Source: Thelocarpon superellum (Eukaryota). Taken from it: 55,132 nucleotides of DNA. The translations under genes and the position numbers were made by a program. The DNA is taken from the NCBI GenBank assembly GCA_026025795.1, contig JAPEUG010000001.1, positions 124,001-179,132 on the forward strand, in the 5' to 3' direction. The notes under the pieces were generated by a model. It saw only the letters and a list, made by a program, of their open reading frames with translations, made no database searches and had not been told where the DNA came from. Below are positions 12,623 to 26,180 of the stretch, in pieces (position 1 is the first letter of the stretch; the number at the start of each line of letters is the position of its first letter).

Positions 12623-13464
12623 ATGTCGCAACCATGGGACTATATCGCCAAGTTAGTCTGTATCGGCGATTCGGGCACGGGTAAATCAAGTGTAGGTTCT
12701 CCTGCGCCGGCCTCAGTCGGCCACCGCCACGCTCGTGTTAATCCCTAAAGCAGCTCACCATCCGCCTTTGCGAGGGGCGCTTCAGCTCCACACACGATGT
12801 CACCATCGGGGTGGAGTTCGGATCCCGGGTGGTGCCAGTCGGCCCGCCAGGCGTGTCAGGATCGCCGTCGTCGCCGAGCCCGAAACACATGAAGCTATCC
12901 CTTTGGGACACGGCGGGGCAGGAGACATACAAATCCGTGACACGCTCCTACTTCCGCGGTGCAAGCGGCGCCCTGCTGGTCTATGACATCACTCGCCGCG
13001 CGACCTTTACCCACGTTACCGACTGGCTCGCAGACCTACGCCAGATCGCCGATCCCGACATTGTCGTCGTGCTGGTGGGCAACAAGTCCGACCTGGCGCC
13101 CTCCAGTGACGTCAGCAGCAGCACCAGCGCCCCTGGCTCAAGCCAATCCAGCACCGACGAAAACAAGCGCCAAGTGACTCGTGAGGAGGCTGAGGAATGG
13201 TGCAAGGCGAATAACGTGCTAAAGTTCGTCGAGACCAGCGCCAAGAGCGGCGAGGGCGTCGAGCGCGCCTTTCTCGAGGTGGCTCAGCGCATCTGGCACA
13301 ACATCGAGGCTGGCCGCTACGATCTCAACGATCGACGGAGTGGCGTCAAGACGGCGGCCGCCCGCGGCGTTGGCTCCAATACTGCGCGTGCGCTCCGCCT
13401 GGGCATGAATGACGCCGCCGCCTTCCGGGAGAGCGGGGCGGGTTGGACCGGCGGTTGTTGCTGA
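12623..13464 (+). CDS. Rab-family small GTPase (Rab2/4/14-like group)
   Basis: MSQPWDYIAKLVCIGDSGTGKSS|LTIRL (intron 12692-12753); VTIGVEFG, WDTAGQE, GNKSD, ETSAK motifs; C-terminal GGCC prenylation signal. Confidence 0.93.
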
Positions 13465-13801
13465 GGCGGCGGAACTACGTCGTCAGAGCGGTGCTTGTTG
13501 CGTACATTGGCAGCGTGCATGGGCTACGGCGTAGAATGGAGCTCGCAGGTGCGCACATGAGCATGGGCGACGGGATCTGGGCGGGTCGTCATCCATTTCA
13601 GGTGTCTACCGATGCATGTATCATATGAAGAACAAGTACATGAAGAATCCCAAAGCCAGAGAAATAGAAGACAAGGAACCGAAGGGGATGAGAGAGAGGG
13701 AAGGGGAAGAGGAGACAGGAGATCTCGAGACATTTGTGCTTGGGGTTGCAGCGCCGTGAGGATCTCGAACGAGTCACGCTCTTGGCTTGGTGGTCGCCCG
13801 T

Positions 13802-16269
13802 TTAATCAGTGATGCGCCACGTGTCTAACCACCGCAGATGTCGCCATTGCTTCGACGATCCCACCATACCAAAGGAGATGGGACTGAAGAGAATAAAGAC
13901 GCCAATCACGAGCGCGTACATGGCCAAGGAGAGGCCCCACTGCGCGGTGCGTGGGAGCGGCCGAGTGAAGTGGTCGTAGACGAAGCCGAAGCTGAGGATG
14001 GCAAAGTAGAGGGCCGGATAATAGTGGTGCACATATGTGACCCGCGCCATGGCGATGAAGGGCACGTAATGGAGGAACCAGCCTATCACGGGATAGAGAC
14101 CGGCGTAGTGGATCTGGTCGATATCCGTCTGTTTCAAATCTTCAAAGCCCCGTTGCCATCGTACCAAGTACCATGCCACCGTCAGGGCCATGATACCTAG
14201 ACTAGCCGTCGATCCCCAGTACACGACTGGGTTACCCAGGAGAAAGTACTTGACGACTGTAGAACTTGTGAGCAGGTAGTCCTACAGCTCCGAGTGCAGA
14301 CTTACTGTGGTCGTCCCAGCCACACATCCGGAGGCCAACGTTGAGGATCGGCCACTGCCAGAACTGCGACGCGAGGTCATCCTGCTTGTCCGGATCCGGC
14401 ACCAGGGCATTGTTGGACGTCATCATGGCCACGTTGAGGTGGAGGAAATCGCGGATGAAGGGGGATTTGTACGAGCCCGGATCCCCGGGAGGCACTGCCA
14501 GATGCTCAGTCAGGCACGGTCCATTTTTCGGGTCACCAGAACTTACATCGATCATTGACATGGGACTCCACGTTCCAGTGGGTGTACACGTCGCGGGGTT
14601 GGTTGGTCTTGGTGCATGTCACCTCGATCTGCTTGAAGCCCCACTGGGGGAGGTTGACGTTGCCCGCTCGCAGGTAGCATCCAAGGGCAGCGTGTCGCAG
14701 ACGGAAGGCCGTGGTCAGCGTGCGGATGCGGGATCGGTCGCTGGACGCCGCGTCGCTGACGACTTCCACGATCCAGTGATCCTTTTCGTCGCCCACCGTT
14801 GTGTTACCATAGCACGAGACTTCCCAATCAGCCTTGGTGACGGGCGCGCCCACAGTGTGGGAATGCAGATTGCGGCCCGTCTGAGAGTGGATCAACCGGA
14901 TCGTGTCATGGTTGCCCACGAACTTGAGGGGCGCCTCCGGGTCGAAATTGGGCTCGTGGCGGCTCGGGTAGAAGAACCATTCGTTGTTGGCGTCCTTGTG
15001 GTGGTAGCAGGTGATCTGCTGCTGCGTCGAGCCTTCAGGGTACGTCTGCACATGCGAATGGAGCAGGCCGCCACCATAGCCCATGTTCTTGAGTGTGGCG
15101 CGCGACCCAAGGGCCACCTCGAGCGGACTGTCTTTGCCCACGGTCGTGCCTTTCAGGTTCGCCTGGAACAGCGAGCTCATCTGCGCATCGCCGGGCCCCG
15201 AGTTCTCCAACACGAGGAAATGGAGCCAGAAGGAGAACATGTATACCAGCATGGGTACGATGATCAGGCCAATGACGCGCGCGGCGACGTGTTTGCCGAG
15301 CTCGACCTTGGGCATTTTAACCTCTCCGAACTTGTTCCAGAGATCCTCGACCGTGTAGAGGCCAACGAGGGCGGTACAGAAGAGCCCCACCCATTTCACG
15401 CTACACACGCAGCCAATCGAGATGCCGGTCAGGAGGATCCAGAGCCACCATTCCGCTGAAAAGCTTTGTTGTTGCAAGCGGTGAAACCGGGCCCAGCAAA
15501 GGACGGTGGTGAAGGTGAAGAAGAGCAGCATAGCATCCAACAGGATGAAGCGGCTGATGGTCGCGTAGGAGTTCTCACACAGAACCATCAGCGTCACCAA
15601 CCAGACGGCCGGACGTCGGAAGTTCAGTTCACGGGCTGTGTAGTAAGCCACTGGGACGCAGAGGGCACCAAAGGTGGCGTTGAAGATGCGCATGGCTTGA
15701 TAGTTGACTTCCGGGGGATAGGTTTCGCCCGACTTAAACTCGAAGGAGCCATTGTAGCCAGCCAGGTAGCCGGAGAGCCCCACAAGCATCTTGCCCAGCG
15801 GGGGGTGGACATCGAAGTAGAATTCGCGCTTGAGGTAATGTGACCCAAACTTTCCAAAACTGTCCAGGGCATGCATGTCAGCGTTGGTCGTCGCATGGAG
15901 GGTGCCACGGTCATTGTTGGGGACATACTGAGCCTCATCCCACGTCACGATAGGTGACAGGCCGATCCGGTACATGCGGGTAAAGAACGACAAGAGGGTG
16001 AAGACGACAGGGGCGAGAACGACCTCGTGATCATCGAGGAAGGAGAGGATTGACGTGCCGGACTGCCGAGGCCCACGCGTCAGTACTGATGCCTTGTCCT
16101 CGTCATCGCGTGCCTGATCACGTACTGGCTTCACCGCGGACTTCTTATGATCCGGCTCCTCGAGGGGCGCGGCAGCACCATTGGCCGGCTGCCCGGCTAC
16201 ATTCCGTCGCTTCAGACCTTGGGCATCGAAGTCGGCACCTGTCGACACGGCCCCTGCGGTAGAAGCCAT
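13802..16269 (-). CDS. PMT2: Dolichyl-phosphate-mannose:protein O-mannosyltransferase, PMT2 subfamily
   Basis: VTWDEA|HFGKFGSHYLKREFYFDVHPPLGKML; MIR domains (LLHSHVQTYP, GRNLHSH); C-terminal WQWPILNVGLRMCGW and RVTYVHHYYPALYF. Four introns. Confidence 0.95.
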
Positions 16270-17303
16270 GGTGCCACGTGAAGGACACCAGTTTGACCGA
16301 GGCGAATTCAACGGTCCGGTGGGGGGATTAGATGGTGAGGGCGTGGGCGGGTACGGAGCGACCGTGAGGTCGTGGCCGCAAGAGGCACGGTGACGGAGGG
16401 AGAGATGGAGATTGACGAGCGAGGGAAGAAAGAAGAAGGAAGAAGGGGGTACGAGCAGGTCGGTGCACTCGTCTGAAACAAGAATGCTTGAGATCCAATC
16501 ACAAATGGGCCTATACTGGCCGAGTTTGAAAAGAGGCAGAAGTCACGTCCACCGGTCGAGGGACGAGGACCTTCGAGCCAGCATCGACGGCCGATAAGGA
16601 AGAGAGGTCAGCAGCAGTGCAGATGAATGCTGTGGCTCCTCAAGGCGGCGTACTCGTAGGCTGAGACGAATGTTTCCCGACTGGCCCCCCAGCAGCTGAA
16701 GTTTAGGATGATCCAAGCGATCGCCCAGGCTCGACGTGACAGGCCCAAGACTTTCGTTCCAGCAAGTTCACGCCCGCCGCAACGAAAATGGGCTTTTGGC
16801 GAGCGGAGCCAGGCAAGGGTTGGGACTAGCCTTGCATTAGCCCGGGGACTGCACCCAAGGTCGACGCGGCCAACGGCGGGTAGGCGTCGGTCCGGGCCTG
16901 CGTAACTATCAGACCACAGTCCGAACGCTCCGGAAGACACGGTCGCCCGTAGACAAGCGACAGGGAGGTATGAGGGTAGCACAACTTTAGGACATTGTGG
17001 ACGACCAGCACTGCCGGGTACTACACCAGTCAGGGTTGAGGGTGACGGTCCTGGAACAGATCATAGCATGCGAGCGATGGCTCCAATGGATCGAAGTGCT
17101 GTGGGTGAGCCATCCGTGGCGCCGGCGATCGCAGGCGACAGTCAGAGGATCGCTAGTGCAGGACCATCGGGAATACTCAGAATGACGATATTCGTACTCG
17201 TACGCGACACGTCCGACTGAATGAATGCTAAGATGAAAGAGAGACGCATTCTACAAGATCGCCTACCAGACGATGGGTATAAAGAATCCCAGACATGACC
17301 GTA

Positions 17304-19709
17304 CTAATCGTCCTCGCTTTGATCGAGGGGCCGATAATCGCCATTCTGGCCGTTGCTCGCCTTTCCATTGCCACGGCCACTCCGCACCATGCGCGAGATC
17401 CAACCGCCGACCCCTTCCGTCCCTGACTCTTGGCCCTCGTCCGTGGGCAGCTGCGGTTTGCCATTCTCCACAGACACGTCCGGGGGATCGATGTCGAGGC
17501 CCGGAATGGCATTGCCGGGGTCGAGGATGCCGCGTCGAAGATCCATTGACTGCGGCGACCCCACTCCGATGAGAGAGCCCCGCTCCGCTTGCGTCGCCGG
17601 CGTCGTCATGGTGGTCGTCGCGTCGCCAAAGAGCGCGTCCATGTCCTCGAGTCGGACGCCGCACGTTTCGGGATAGAGAAAATAGACTGGTGATGGATCA
17701 GCGAGTTGGTACCCCACGGGCAGCAGGGCAAGGACACATACCGACGACAAAGCTGGACGCGCAGGAAAAGGCGTGGACCAGGTAAAGTCGCCACTTAATC
17801 CACTCCTGCAGCACTGGCGTCATCTCACCCACCAGCCAGTTGCAGGCCCAGTTGGCCGCCGTGCTGAGACTCGCGCCCTTGGCCCGGATACTCAGGGGTA
17901 AGATCTCGGGTGGGTAAAGCCAGGGGATGGGTCCCCACGAGTAGCCAAAGGCCGCATTGTAAATCATGACAAATGCCACGACCAGCTGCGGTGTCGCTTG
18001 CACGTCGATGAAGATGAAGTACGAGATTGCCGACAGTGAGATTGCCATCGCCACCGCCCCTGTCAGCAGGATGAAGCGACGACCCCATCGATCGACCAAA
18101 TACCACGGCGGGATGGTGGAGAGCAGATAGGTGATGCCGTTGATGCCCGTCATGAGGATTGCATCGCGACCCATCCAGCGCGCCTGCTCGAAGACGAGTG
18201 GTGCGTAGTAAGAGATGACGTTGATCCCGTTCAGCTGCGCAAACGCCTGGGCGGACATGGCGATGAAGACGCGTTTGTAGTACCGCTTGAACATGTCCGA
18301 GTATGACCGTTCGCCTTCCTGCCGCTGTATGAGCACATCCATCTTGATCTCCCGGTACTCCTCTCGCGCCCGCGTATTATGGATGTCTCCACCTCCGTAG
18401 AGATTGGCAATGACCACGATGCCTTCTTCGTCATGGTCGTTGTCCAACAACCATCTGGCGCGTCCGTCAGTGTCTCTTCCGTGTTCAATCGCACGATTCC
18501 TCAACCCACCTTGGGGATTCACAGATGATCAAACTCCCGAGCCCCAGTAACGCGCCCATAACGCATTGCATCACCAGCGGCACACGCCAGGCCCAATCGC
18601 CCTTAATGTAGCTGCAAAAGTAATCCACCCAGACGCTGGCGGCGTAGCCCAAGATGTTGCCCGAGAACTCGATGCACGCCAGCTTCCCACGATTGTGCGG
18701 CGGAGAGATCTCCGACTGATAAACAGGCACGATGGTCGACAAAGCACCAACCCCGAGACCAGCGATGATGCGGCCCACCAACATCATAGGCATCCCGTTG
18801 GCAAAGGACTGCAAACCCCCCCCGAAGAAGAAGATGATGGAGCCGTAGAGAATGGTCTTCCGGCGACCGATAATGTCACCGATCTGACCAACTCCCAACG
18901 ACGAGATGAAGGCCCCCACCTCGAGGATGGCCACCATGGTGCCGACCTCGGCCCGGGTAGGCTGATTGAAATAATCCTTGAAGTATGAACCTCTGCGTAC
19001 AGCCGTCAGCTCGGTCGGTGGCACGTCGCGGTAATGCCGCCCCGGAGGAAGAACCTACGTGATGATGCCCGACATGACGCCCTGATCATACCCGAAGAGG
19101 AAAACACCCAATGACACGAAGACGCTCGTAAAGTATCTGTCGTGGATCAGTCGAGCCATCCATGCACGCATCAAGGAAGGGAGTAGCGGACAACAACGGT
19201 TTGCCGGTCAGGCCGTGCATCTGGCCCCCCCGACCGCCACTCATTATGGCGGCAAGAATCTTTTCGGCCGTGGAAATCGTCCGAGGCTTGCCCGCGGGGA
19301 TCTCGATGTCCTCTTTATCGATTCCAGCTTGAGGATGTTTACGTTCCGCCGAGTCGGACGACTGATATCGCACGCGTTTAGGCGCCCGGCCCCGCGAACG
19401 TGCGGCGACGCCAAAGACGGCTTCGTCCAGAGACTCGCGGAATTTAATCTGAAGAGGATCTTCTTCGTTGGCCAGCTGCTCGGCGAGGTCACCCGTGTCG
19501 CTCCACAGCGAGAAGTCCGACCCCGCCGAATCGTCGGAGCGGGCGGAGAGCGAGGAACGCGGGTGACCCTGCTTCTCGTCCGTCACGTCGGGTCGAGACG
19601 ATGAGCCGTGGCCGGCGGCCGGCGATGGGAGGGTGCGGAGGGGGATGTTGGCCGGACGGCGGGGAGTTGAGGAAGGAATGATGATGGGTGTGGGGCTGAA
19701 GCGCAGCAG
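17304..19709 (-). CDS. MFS sugar porter (monosaccharide/polyol transporter); start codon uncertain
   Basis: HGLTGKPLL|YFTSVFVSLGVFLFGYDQGVMSGII, IGDIIGRRKT, VPVYQSEISPPHNRG, ESPRW, QLNGINVISYYAP, DRWGRR, WGPIPWLYPPEI, PETCG. First in-frame ATG is at 19244, but the frame is open to 19751; the end coordinate given is a candidate CTG. Confidence 0.88.
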
Positions 19710-21189
19710 CCCTTCTCTGCCAGTTATATCGACGATGGGCCGGGACCGGATTCACGGATGATGAAAGGGACCAGGCGGATCGCAGCGTGGTGTCCGTGAC
19801 GGCGTGGCAGGCACGGCACTGAATGACCGACCGTCGGGATGATTTAGGCTAGCGACGGGTGTGGGGATGGATCACGCATCGAAGAATGGGTCGCCTGCGG
19901 GTAAGGAGGGGGCATAGGATAGGATAGGCGTTGGGCCGAATGAGGCACGCGATGGAAGTTGGGGTGGTCAGGCTTCGATTTTCGGTATCTTTTTACAGAC
20001 AAGACGGGGTCTGACAGGGTCGGCACGCATCGGAGTATGAAACGAAAGTATCGTCCGACGTAGTCAGGCTGGCAAGCTTCCTCGTCCCCGTCCTATCGTG
20101 CTCCCCGTAGTCCTTACCTCATCCAAGTGCCACAACGCCACAGGAGAGGTAGGCAAGGGCCGTCTTTAAGGAGAAGGGACGCTTCCAGAGGAATGTTCAA
20201 CGGGAGCTAGGTCACTCAACGTCCACGCCTCACTAACCCGCGCTGTACCACGAGAAATTTCTATCAACGGGCCTGTAAATGATGTACTTACGCACAGCTC
20301 GGCTCATATTAGACTCTTGTGATGTCCCCGGACAGTAACTCGACTGGACCCTGGCGGACGCTATACCACCCCAACCGAGGATGCACCGACCAGCGTCCCA
20401 TCCATCAAGTGGGGCGGCACTGTTTTTGATAGGCTCTCATTCAGTCTACCTGCAGCCAGGCGTCGTGCACCCGACCAGTTCCTACTGTTTAGGTCGACCC
20501 AATCTCAGCTGGTCACGTCGTCGCATCAGGCGGCTACGTTCCGCCTCGCTACACTCACGTGGTGGGAGGCACGGTGGCAAGCGATCATTCGAATCAGCAG
20601 TTGGGAATGTGTGAGCAACGGCATAAATGGTCGACCGGACCACGGCAGTGTCTAACCATCGCCCACTGGAGGCAGATATCTGAGCAGGTCGCACCAGAAT
20701 CTAGAGCGACTTCCTTGTTTCTCTCGAAAAATGTCACCAATCAGTGAGCATGATTGTTAAATGGCACGTTTGACCGTCGCTTTAGATTGCGACTGCCTTG
20801 CACAAGAGCATCGCCCAACATATTCTTAGTGCCGAGCCCATCTACGAGTATGGTCGAGGTCGGTTGAGGTCGGAGATGGGAGCATCAGTCTTGTAGCTAT
20901 ACATAGCCTGTATGATCTACTCACGTACGGATGCGTACGACTTTACGTACACTTGCAGTGTACGTTCGCACATGCATGAAGCTAAGCCCAAGGGAAACGG
21001 CGCCGCCAGCCTGCACTTCCAAGATACACGACTATCGAATAGTCCATTCTTGCGCTGGATGCAAGTCCTCTTAGCTCTGGCCGGAGCACCTAAATGTGGG
21101 GCACGGCCAGGAGGGCGGAGCAGAGGGTCACGTTGATGACGTATCGCACCAGCCTGCCAGCGAAGCCACCCTACAGCTTGCGGAGGGTG

Positions 21190-21225
21190 GTGGTGAGGGC
21201 AGTGGTGAGGGCAGTGGTGAGGGCA
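21190..21225 (+). repeat. 12-bp tandem repeat (GTGGTGAGGGCA) x3
   Basis: Read directly in the intergenic region between the sugar porter and the Chs7-like gene. Confidence 0.8.
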
Positions 21226-22379
21226 CAGGCAACGGCGGTCAAGGCGCATGGTGGCGAAATCGGTACCAACAGAAGTGTGATCGACAACGGCCATCGTCGA
21301 CAAGGATGACTGGGCTGCGCCTGGTTCGTGCTGAAACAAGAAATGGTCGCGCGAACCCCGGCCACTTCCTCCGCTTCTTCGCCCGTTCCGCTGGCAGGGC
21401 CTGGAAGCCTTACCGAGTTGCGTATCGCAGCTAATCCTCGATTAAACTGGATTTCTTGTCGCGTCCCTGCGGGATGTCGCGTCGCGCATAGTCATTATCC
21501 GGAGAGGGAGGAACGTGGAAAAATAAGCTCGCCCATCCGCCAGCAGCCATCATCCGGAAGTGGACATATGAGACGGTCGGTGCCTCCTTCACTCCTCCAC
21601 GACCCAGCGATCGGGCGAGTGGCGTCTGGCACTGGGGCACTTCGGCAGGTCCACCCGCTCAGTTGGCCCTGCGGAAAGCAAGCGGAGCTAGAAGGGCTAG
21701 GCCCAATATCGGCCGGCTCATTGGCTGACGGCAGGCTTCTCGGTTCGGTTACCCGTCCTGCTCATTTCCCCCATCGCCGTTGGTCGGTTTAGAGAGAGGG
21801 CGACAGGGACGTGCGGCCGGGTGCTGCTACTCGTACAGCTGCCGCTGCGCCGGTCGAGGCTGCGTGCGCACCAGCGCCTCCGAGCTCTGTCGTCGACGCA
21901 TCGCTGTCGTCCCCGGTTGTGCCAGTCATCCCAATCTCGGCCGCCCCCACACCTGCGCCAACTCCGTGCATCGGTCAAAGGTTGCAAACCCTGCTCGTTT
22001 CGTTCCGAGAACATGCACACGTCCCCGTACATGATTGCGCGAAGCCCCCGCCGGTGACCAAAACGCCTTCCATTCAAGCTTCGGTGCGCCTTCGATTCAT
22101 TTCGGCTTCTTCCAGCCCCAAGCACAGGCTGGCCCGAGATCCGTCACCGCGAACGACGGTCCACCATCGTCACCTCCGTCACCGTCATCATCAGCATCAC
22201 CGTCTCCACCACAATAGGCACACCGGTGCCACTGCCCCGGCCCTCCTCCAGCTCCTCCCGCGCACGCGCGGGCTGATTGATCCTCGCACAAGCCTCCAAC
22301 GCCGTCCCAGCGGCGCTGCTGAGGGCGAGGATCGAGTCGAGAGAGACCGCTCCTCGACGCGCCTCGATCCGCCGCCACG

Positions 22380-23488
22380 ATGGGCTCCACTCAGTTCGGC
22401 GACTTTCACAACTTCTGCCGGGACTCCAACCTCCCGGTGTGCAACCTCTTCCTGGAATCACCGACGCGGGATGGGTTCGGGTATGGCGGATGCACCTTAG
22501 AGGGCATCGCGCTGAAGAATGGCGAGCATCTCGCGAATCTCGGTGCGTGTGACCGGAGCGGCCTCAATCAGACCTCACTCGTGGCTGACGAGCGTAGGGG
22601 ACATTCTATTGTGCGGCGTCGCCATCCTAGTGGCGACGTTCTTGATCTGGCGGTCGGAGAGGAAGCGGGCCGCGGTCGGTCGACGGTGAGCCCGTCCTGC
22701 GAAAGCACCACGCGGCATTGTGGCTGATCATCCTGGCATGGCAGGGAGATGCAGCTGTTCCTCTTCGGCTACATCCTCATCTCTCTGTGTGAGATCTTCA
22801 CCATTGGCGGTTTCCCGCTGAATACGACGGTTCGAATCGTAGGAGCTTCTCTGACGCCATCCTCGCGTGGGCAGTGCTGACGTGGGCCCTCCAGGCCTTC
22901 ACGGGCATCCACCTAGGCGCCATCGTGGCGACAGCTTGGATCCTCCTGCTCAACGCCGTCGTCGGCTTCCAGATTCTTGATGATGGCACCCCCATATCCC
23001 TCGGCCTCATCCTCCTCTCCGCGGCGGCCCTTTTCATCGGCACGGGCTACATTGCATTAGACACCGGGTACAGCTGGACCGGCCATTTCGACAACACGTT
23101 GAACGATCCCAACCGCAGTATCGGGCTCTACGTGCTCTATCAGTTGATGCCACTGGTCTTCCTTTTCGGCTTCGTGGTGCTCGAGACCGTCTTGGTGTTG
23201 CGAGTCCTCGGCGAGCGAAGACCGATGGGTATGTACTCGGGTTCCGTACCACCTTCCACGATGGCCGGCTGATGGAAGATAGTGTACCTGGTCGCGGCTG
23301 TGCTCTTGTTCGCCATCGGCCAGATCTTCCAATACATCGCCAGCACTCATATCTGTCAAGGCACGGGAGGTCGGATCGATGGCTCCTTCTTCGAGAACCT
23401 CTTCACCATCTTCGCTGTCGTCGTGCTCTGGGTTTTCTGGTCGAGCATCACGGAAGATGACTGGCCGGCACCGGCCAATTATCCCTGA
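22380..23488 (+). CDS. Chs7-like chitin synthase export chaperone family protein
   Basis: MGSTQFGDFHNFCRDSNLPVCNLF, RKRAAVGRR|EMQLFL, LLLNAVVGFQILDDGT, ICQGTGGRIDGSFF, FWSSITEDDW. Four introns. Confidence 0.9.
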
Positions 23489-24070
23489 CCCTCATCAATC
23501 TAATCCCGACAATCACATGCGTCATGATTTTGAATGCGTTTAGCGACGACTGCTTCTTGTCCAACTCCCGCACTATCTGTACATCCCGGTCTTGGTCTCA
23601 GCATTCCTGGTTACGCTGGGCAAGGATTGCCCCCTCGCAAGCCGATCGGTGGGCACGTTCGAGTAGGAGATGGACGATACCCCTGTCACGTTACTTTATC
23701 TCGCGTTGCACGTCGTGGCCCCTTCTTATGCGCGCTTCAGGGATTGTCCGTGTTTCAACCGCCGTCGTAATTAGCACACCCGTCACGGGATGTGGCACCA
23801 ATATGCCCACACAGATAATGATCACATCCGCAGAGGGAAAATCAGAACTGTCCTGTCCTGTGCTTTCCCCTGTACTGTGTTTTATCGTTTCGTCTTTGTG
23901 TTTCTGTGCTTTTGACACTATCGATTTGTCAGTATGTTTCGCTCGCCTGGTTGCTTATGGGATGAGCCATCTGGAATCATCGACAAGGTGCAATTCACAT
24001 CATTTATGTGTCACAGATGTGCTTGACGTTGGTGCATGCAGCGTTGGTGTGTGCAAAACGTATGCAATAC

Positions 24071-24089
24071 CACGTGACTTTATCACGTG
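24071..24089. promoter_or_regulatory. Paired E-box CACGTGAC-N3-ATCACGTG (copy 1)
   Basis: CACGTGACTTTATCACGTG about 400 bp upstream of the lactonase-like ATG; same architecture recurs at 27378. Confidence 0.5.
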
Positions 24090-24485
24090 ATGCCACCCGC
24101 ATAGTCTGTAATGAATATGTTAACAGCTAAAATCCCAAGTCAGTGAATCATCTCACAACTTCATGCATGGATGCTACAGGTGTCACATGATGGGCGGTGA
24201 CCATGGGGCCACCATCTACGCCTAGGGAAGACCAGAATTGCACCCGCCGAAGCTTGGATTAACACTGACAGATGGAGGAGCGTGAATGGCCTCGTCCCAG
24301 GCGCGCTGGTTGGTCTGGTTGCCCGCCTGGCTGCTACACACTCGTGGTGGAAGATGGGACTCGACTCTCCTTCCCTCGAGACTGAGCAACTTCAAGCAAC
24401 AAACGCCACCTTCGCTCACGTTGACAGACGTTTCCGGTGCCAATCATCGACCAAACTCTCCACACTCTTTTGCCCATCTGTCATC

Positions 24486-25992
24486 ATGTCAATTGCATCG
24501 CGCTTCCTCATGCTTTGGGTGTTCTTTTTGCTCCCCACCTTGCTCCACCGTGGGGTGACGAAGGCGGCCCGCTCCGACTTCGTTGCGCGTGAGGTCACTG
24601 CCAATTCCTCGATCGTGCTCCAGGCCGTGCTCTACGTCTCGTCGTACGCCGGCTACATCGACACCATCGCCCTCTTTCAGGATCATCGGGGCAAGTTCAA
24701 TCTGAAGCTGATCGCCACAAATCATGCCTCGGTGTCGCCCTCGTGCCTTTTGTGGGACGCGCAGCATGGGAATCTCTACGACATCGACGAGTACTCGACT
24801 CCTGGTAAAGTGATCAGCCTCCGCGTCCAGCAGAACCGGACGCTGCGTCAGCTTCATCAATTCTCGAACGTCAACGGCGGCGTGAGTGGTGCCTTCTACA
24901 CGGATGCGCAGGGACGGCAGTCCAACCGCGCGTTAGCCATCGCGGACTAGTAAGGCTCCCACTGCGCACATGTCCTCACGCAATCTCGATCAAGTTGCTA
25001 AGTAATTCGCCATTTCAGCGAAGGCAGCGCTCTGAGTACCTTCACTCTTGAACAAGGTGGTGGTGGAATGTTATTCCCGTCGCAAAATTTCACCTTCTCG
25101 TATGCACAAGATGATGAAGATGCTGGCGAGGACCTGCTCTCGTCGCAAAACGATACCTTTGCCTTGCATCGGCCTGCGCCGGCCACCTCCCTCGCGAGCG
25201 CTATCAGCCCCACCAACAAACAGGATGCTCCTCATCCTCACAACGTGGTGGTCGACCCCAAAGGTCTCTACTTGCTCGTGCCGGATCTCGGCTCGGATCT
25301 TCTGCGCATGTTCGGCATCGCTGCCGATAGCATCAAATTGGAGGAGCTGCCCCCCTTCGCCGTGGATTATGGGAGCGGACCTCGACACGCGCTCTTCTTC
25401 ACGTCGAACGGATCCACTTGGCTCTATCTCGTTAGCGAAATCGCCTGCACCATCACGGCGTACTACGTCGAATATCCGGTGAATAACCACTACCCTCTTC
25501 TGTTCATCGAGGTCTACAAGAGCAGCACGGTCGGACCGGGGAGAGTGGCTCCCAACGGGACGGCAGCCGCTGAAATTGCCATCCAAGTAAATGCCTTCTG
25601 CTTCTGTGCTTTTCCAACGTCATGGCTCTTGCTAAGCCTCGCGACATCAGGGAGACAAGGTCTACATCTCGAACCGAGGTGACGGGAGCTTCGGGCCCAC
25701 CAACGACTCAATCTCCATTTTCAGCATCAACGGCACCGACGGCACCTTGCATTTCGACGGCCTTCATCCCGCCTTTGGTTATGCCCCTCGCTACTTCAAC
25801 TTCAACAAGCATGGCGATCTGATGGCCCTCGGCGTCTTCCAGAAGCACGAATCGGGATGCAAACTGCACCAGGAAGCCATCTTGGTGCTCGTGGAGCGGG
25901 ACGTGGAGACTGGGAAGCTCTGCTCCGCTCCCGTGGCAAGCCTCGCACTCGGCGTCCCGGATCAGGTGACCTGGATCGTCTGGGATGAGTAG
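24486..25992 (+). CDS. Secreted lactonase-family 7-bladed beta-propeller (6-phosphogluconolactonase / carboxymuconate cyclase-like)
   Basis: Hydrophobic signal peptide, LYVSSYAG, QDAPHPHNVVVDPKG, VPDLGSD, GSGPRH, AAEI, YISNRGD, PRYFNF, terminal WIVWDE*. Introns 24950-25018 and 25587-25650. Confidence 0.88.
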
Positions 25993-26180
25993 ATACGATC
26001 TACTGTCCACACCGTCCGACTACTTGTGCGGCCGTATGAAAGCACAGGGAGGGTGGGCGGCAACTGATCAGAATGCGTTACATTTTCTTCCATGACAACC
26101 AACAGATGTGCGCTGGATCCAATGTGTCATCTAGACTAGCACACTCCGCTTGTCTCCCCTCATCCACAAAGAATTCTACT

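Noticed and set aside
19760..21800. Largest intergenic gap as a hidden gene or mobile element
   Set aside because: No long coherent ORF, terminal repeats or RNA-gene signature seen; consistent with a divergent promoter region.
21811..22500. 229-aa His/Pro-rich ORF overlapping the Chs7-like start, and a short uORF at 22013-22057
   Set aside because: GTG start, low complexity from CAT/CAC runs, out of frame with the gene; most simply promoter or 5'UTR. TSS unknown.
22826..22840. GGTTCGAATC tRNA T-loop-like motif
   Set aside because: Inside a Chs7-like exon; no cloverleaf stems or A-box.
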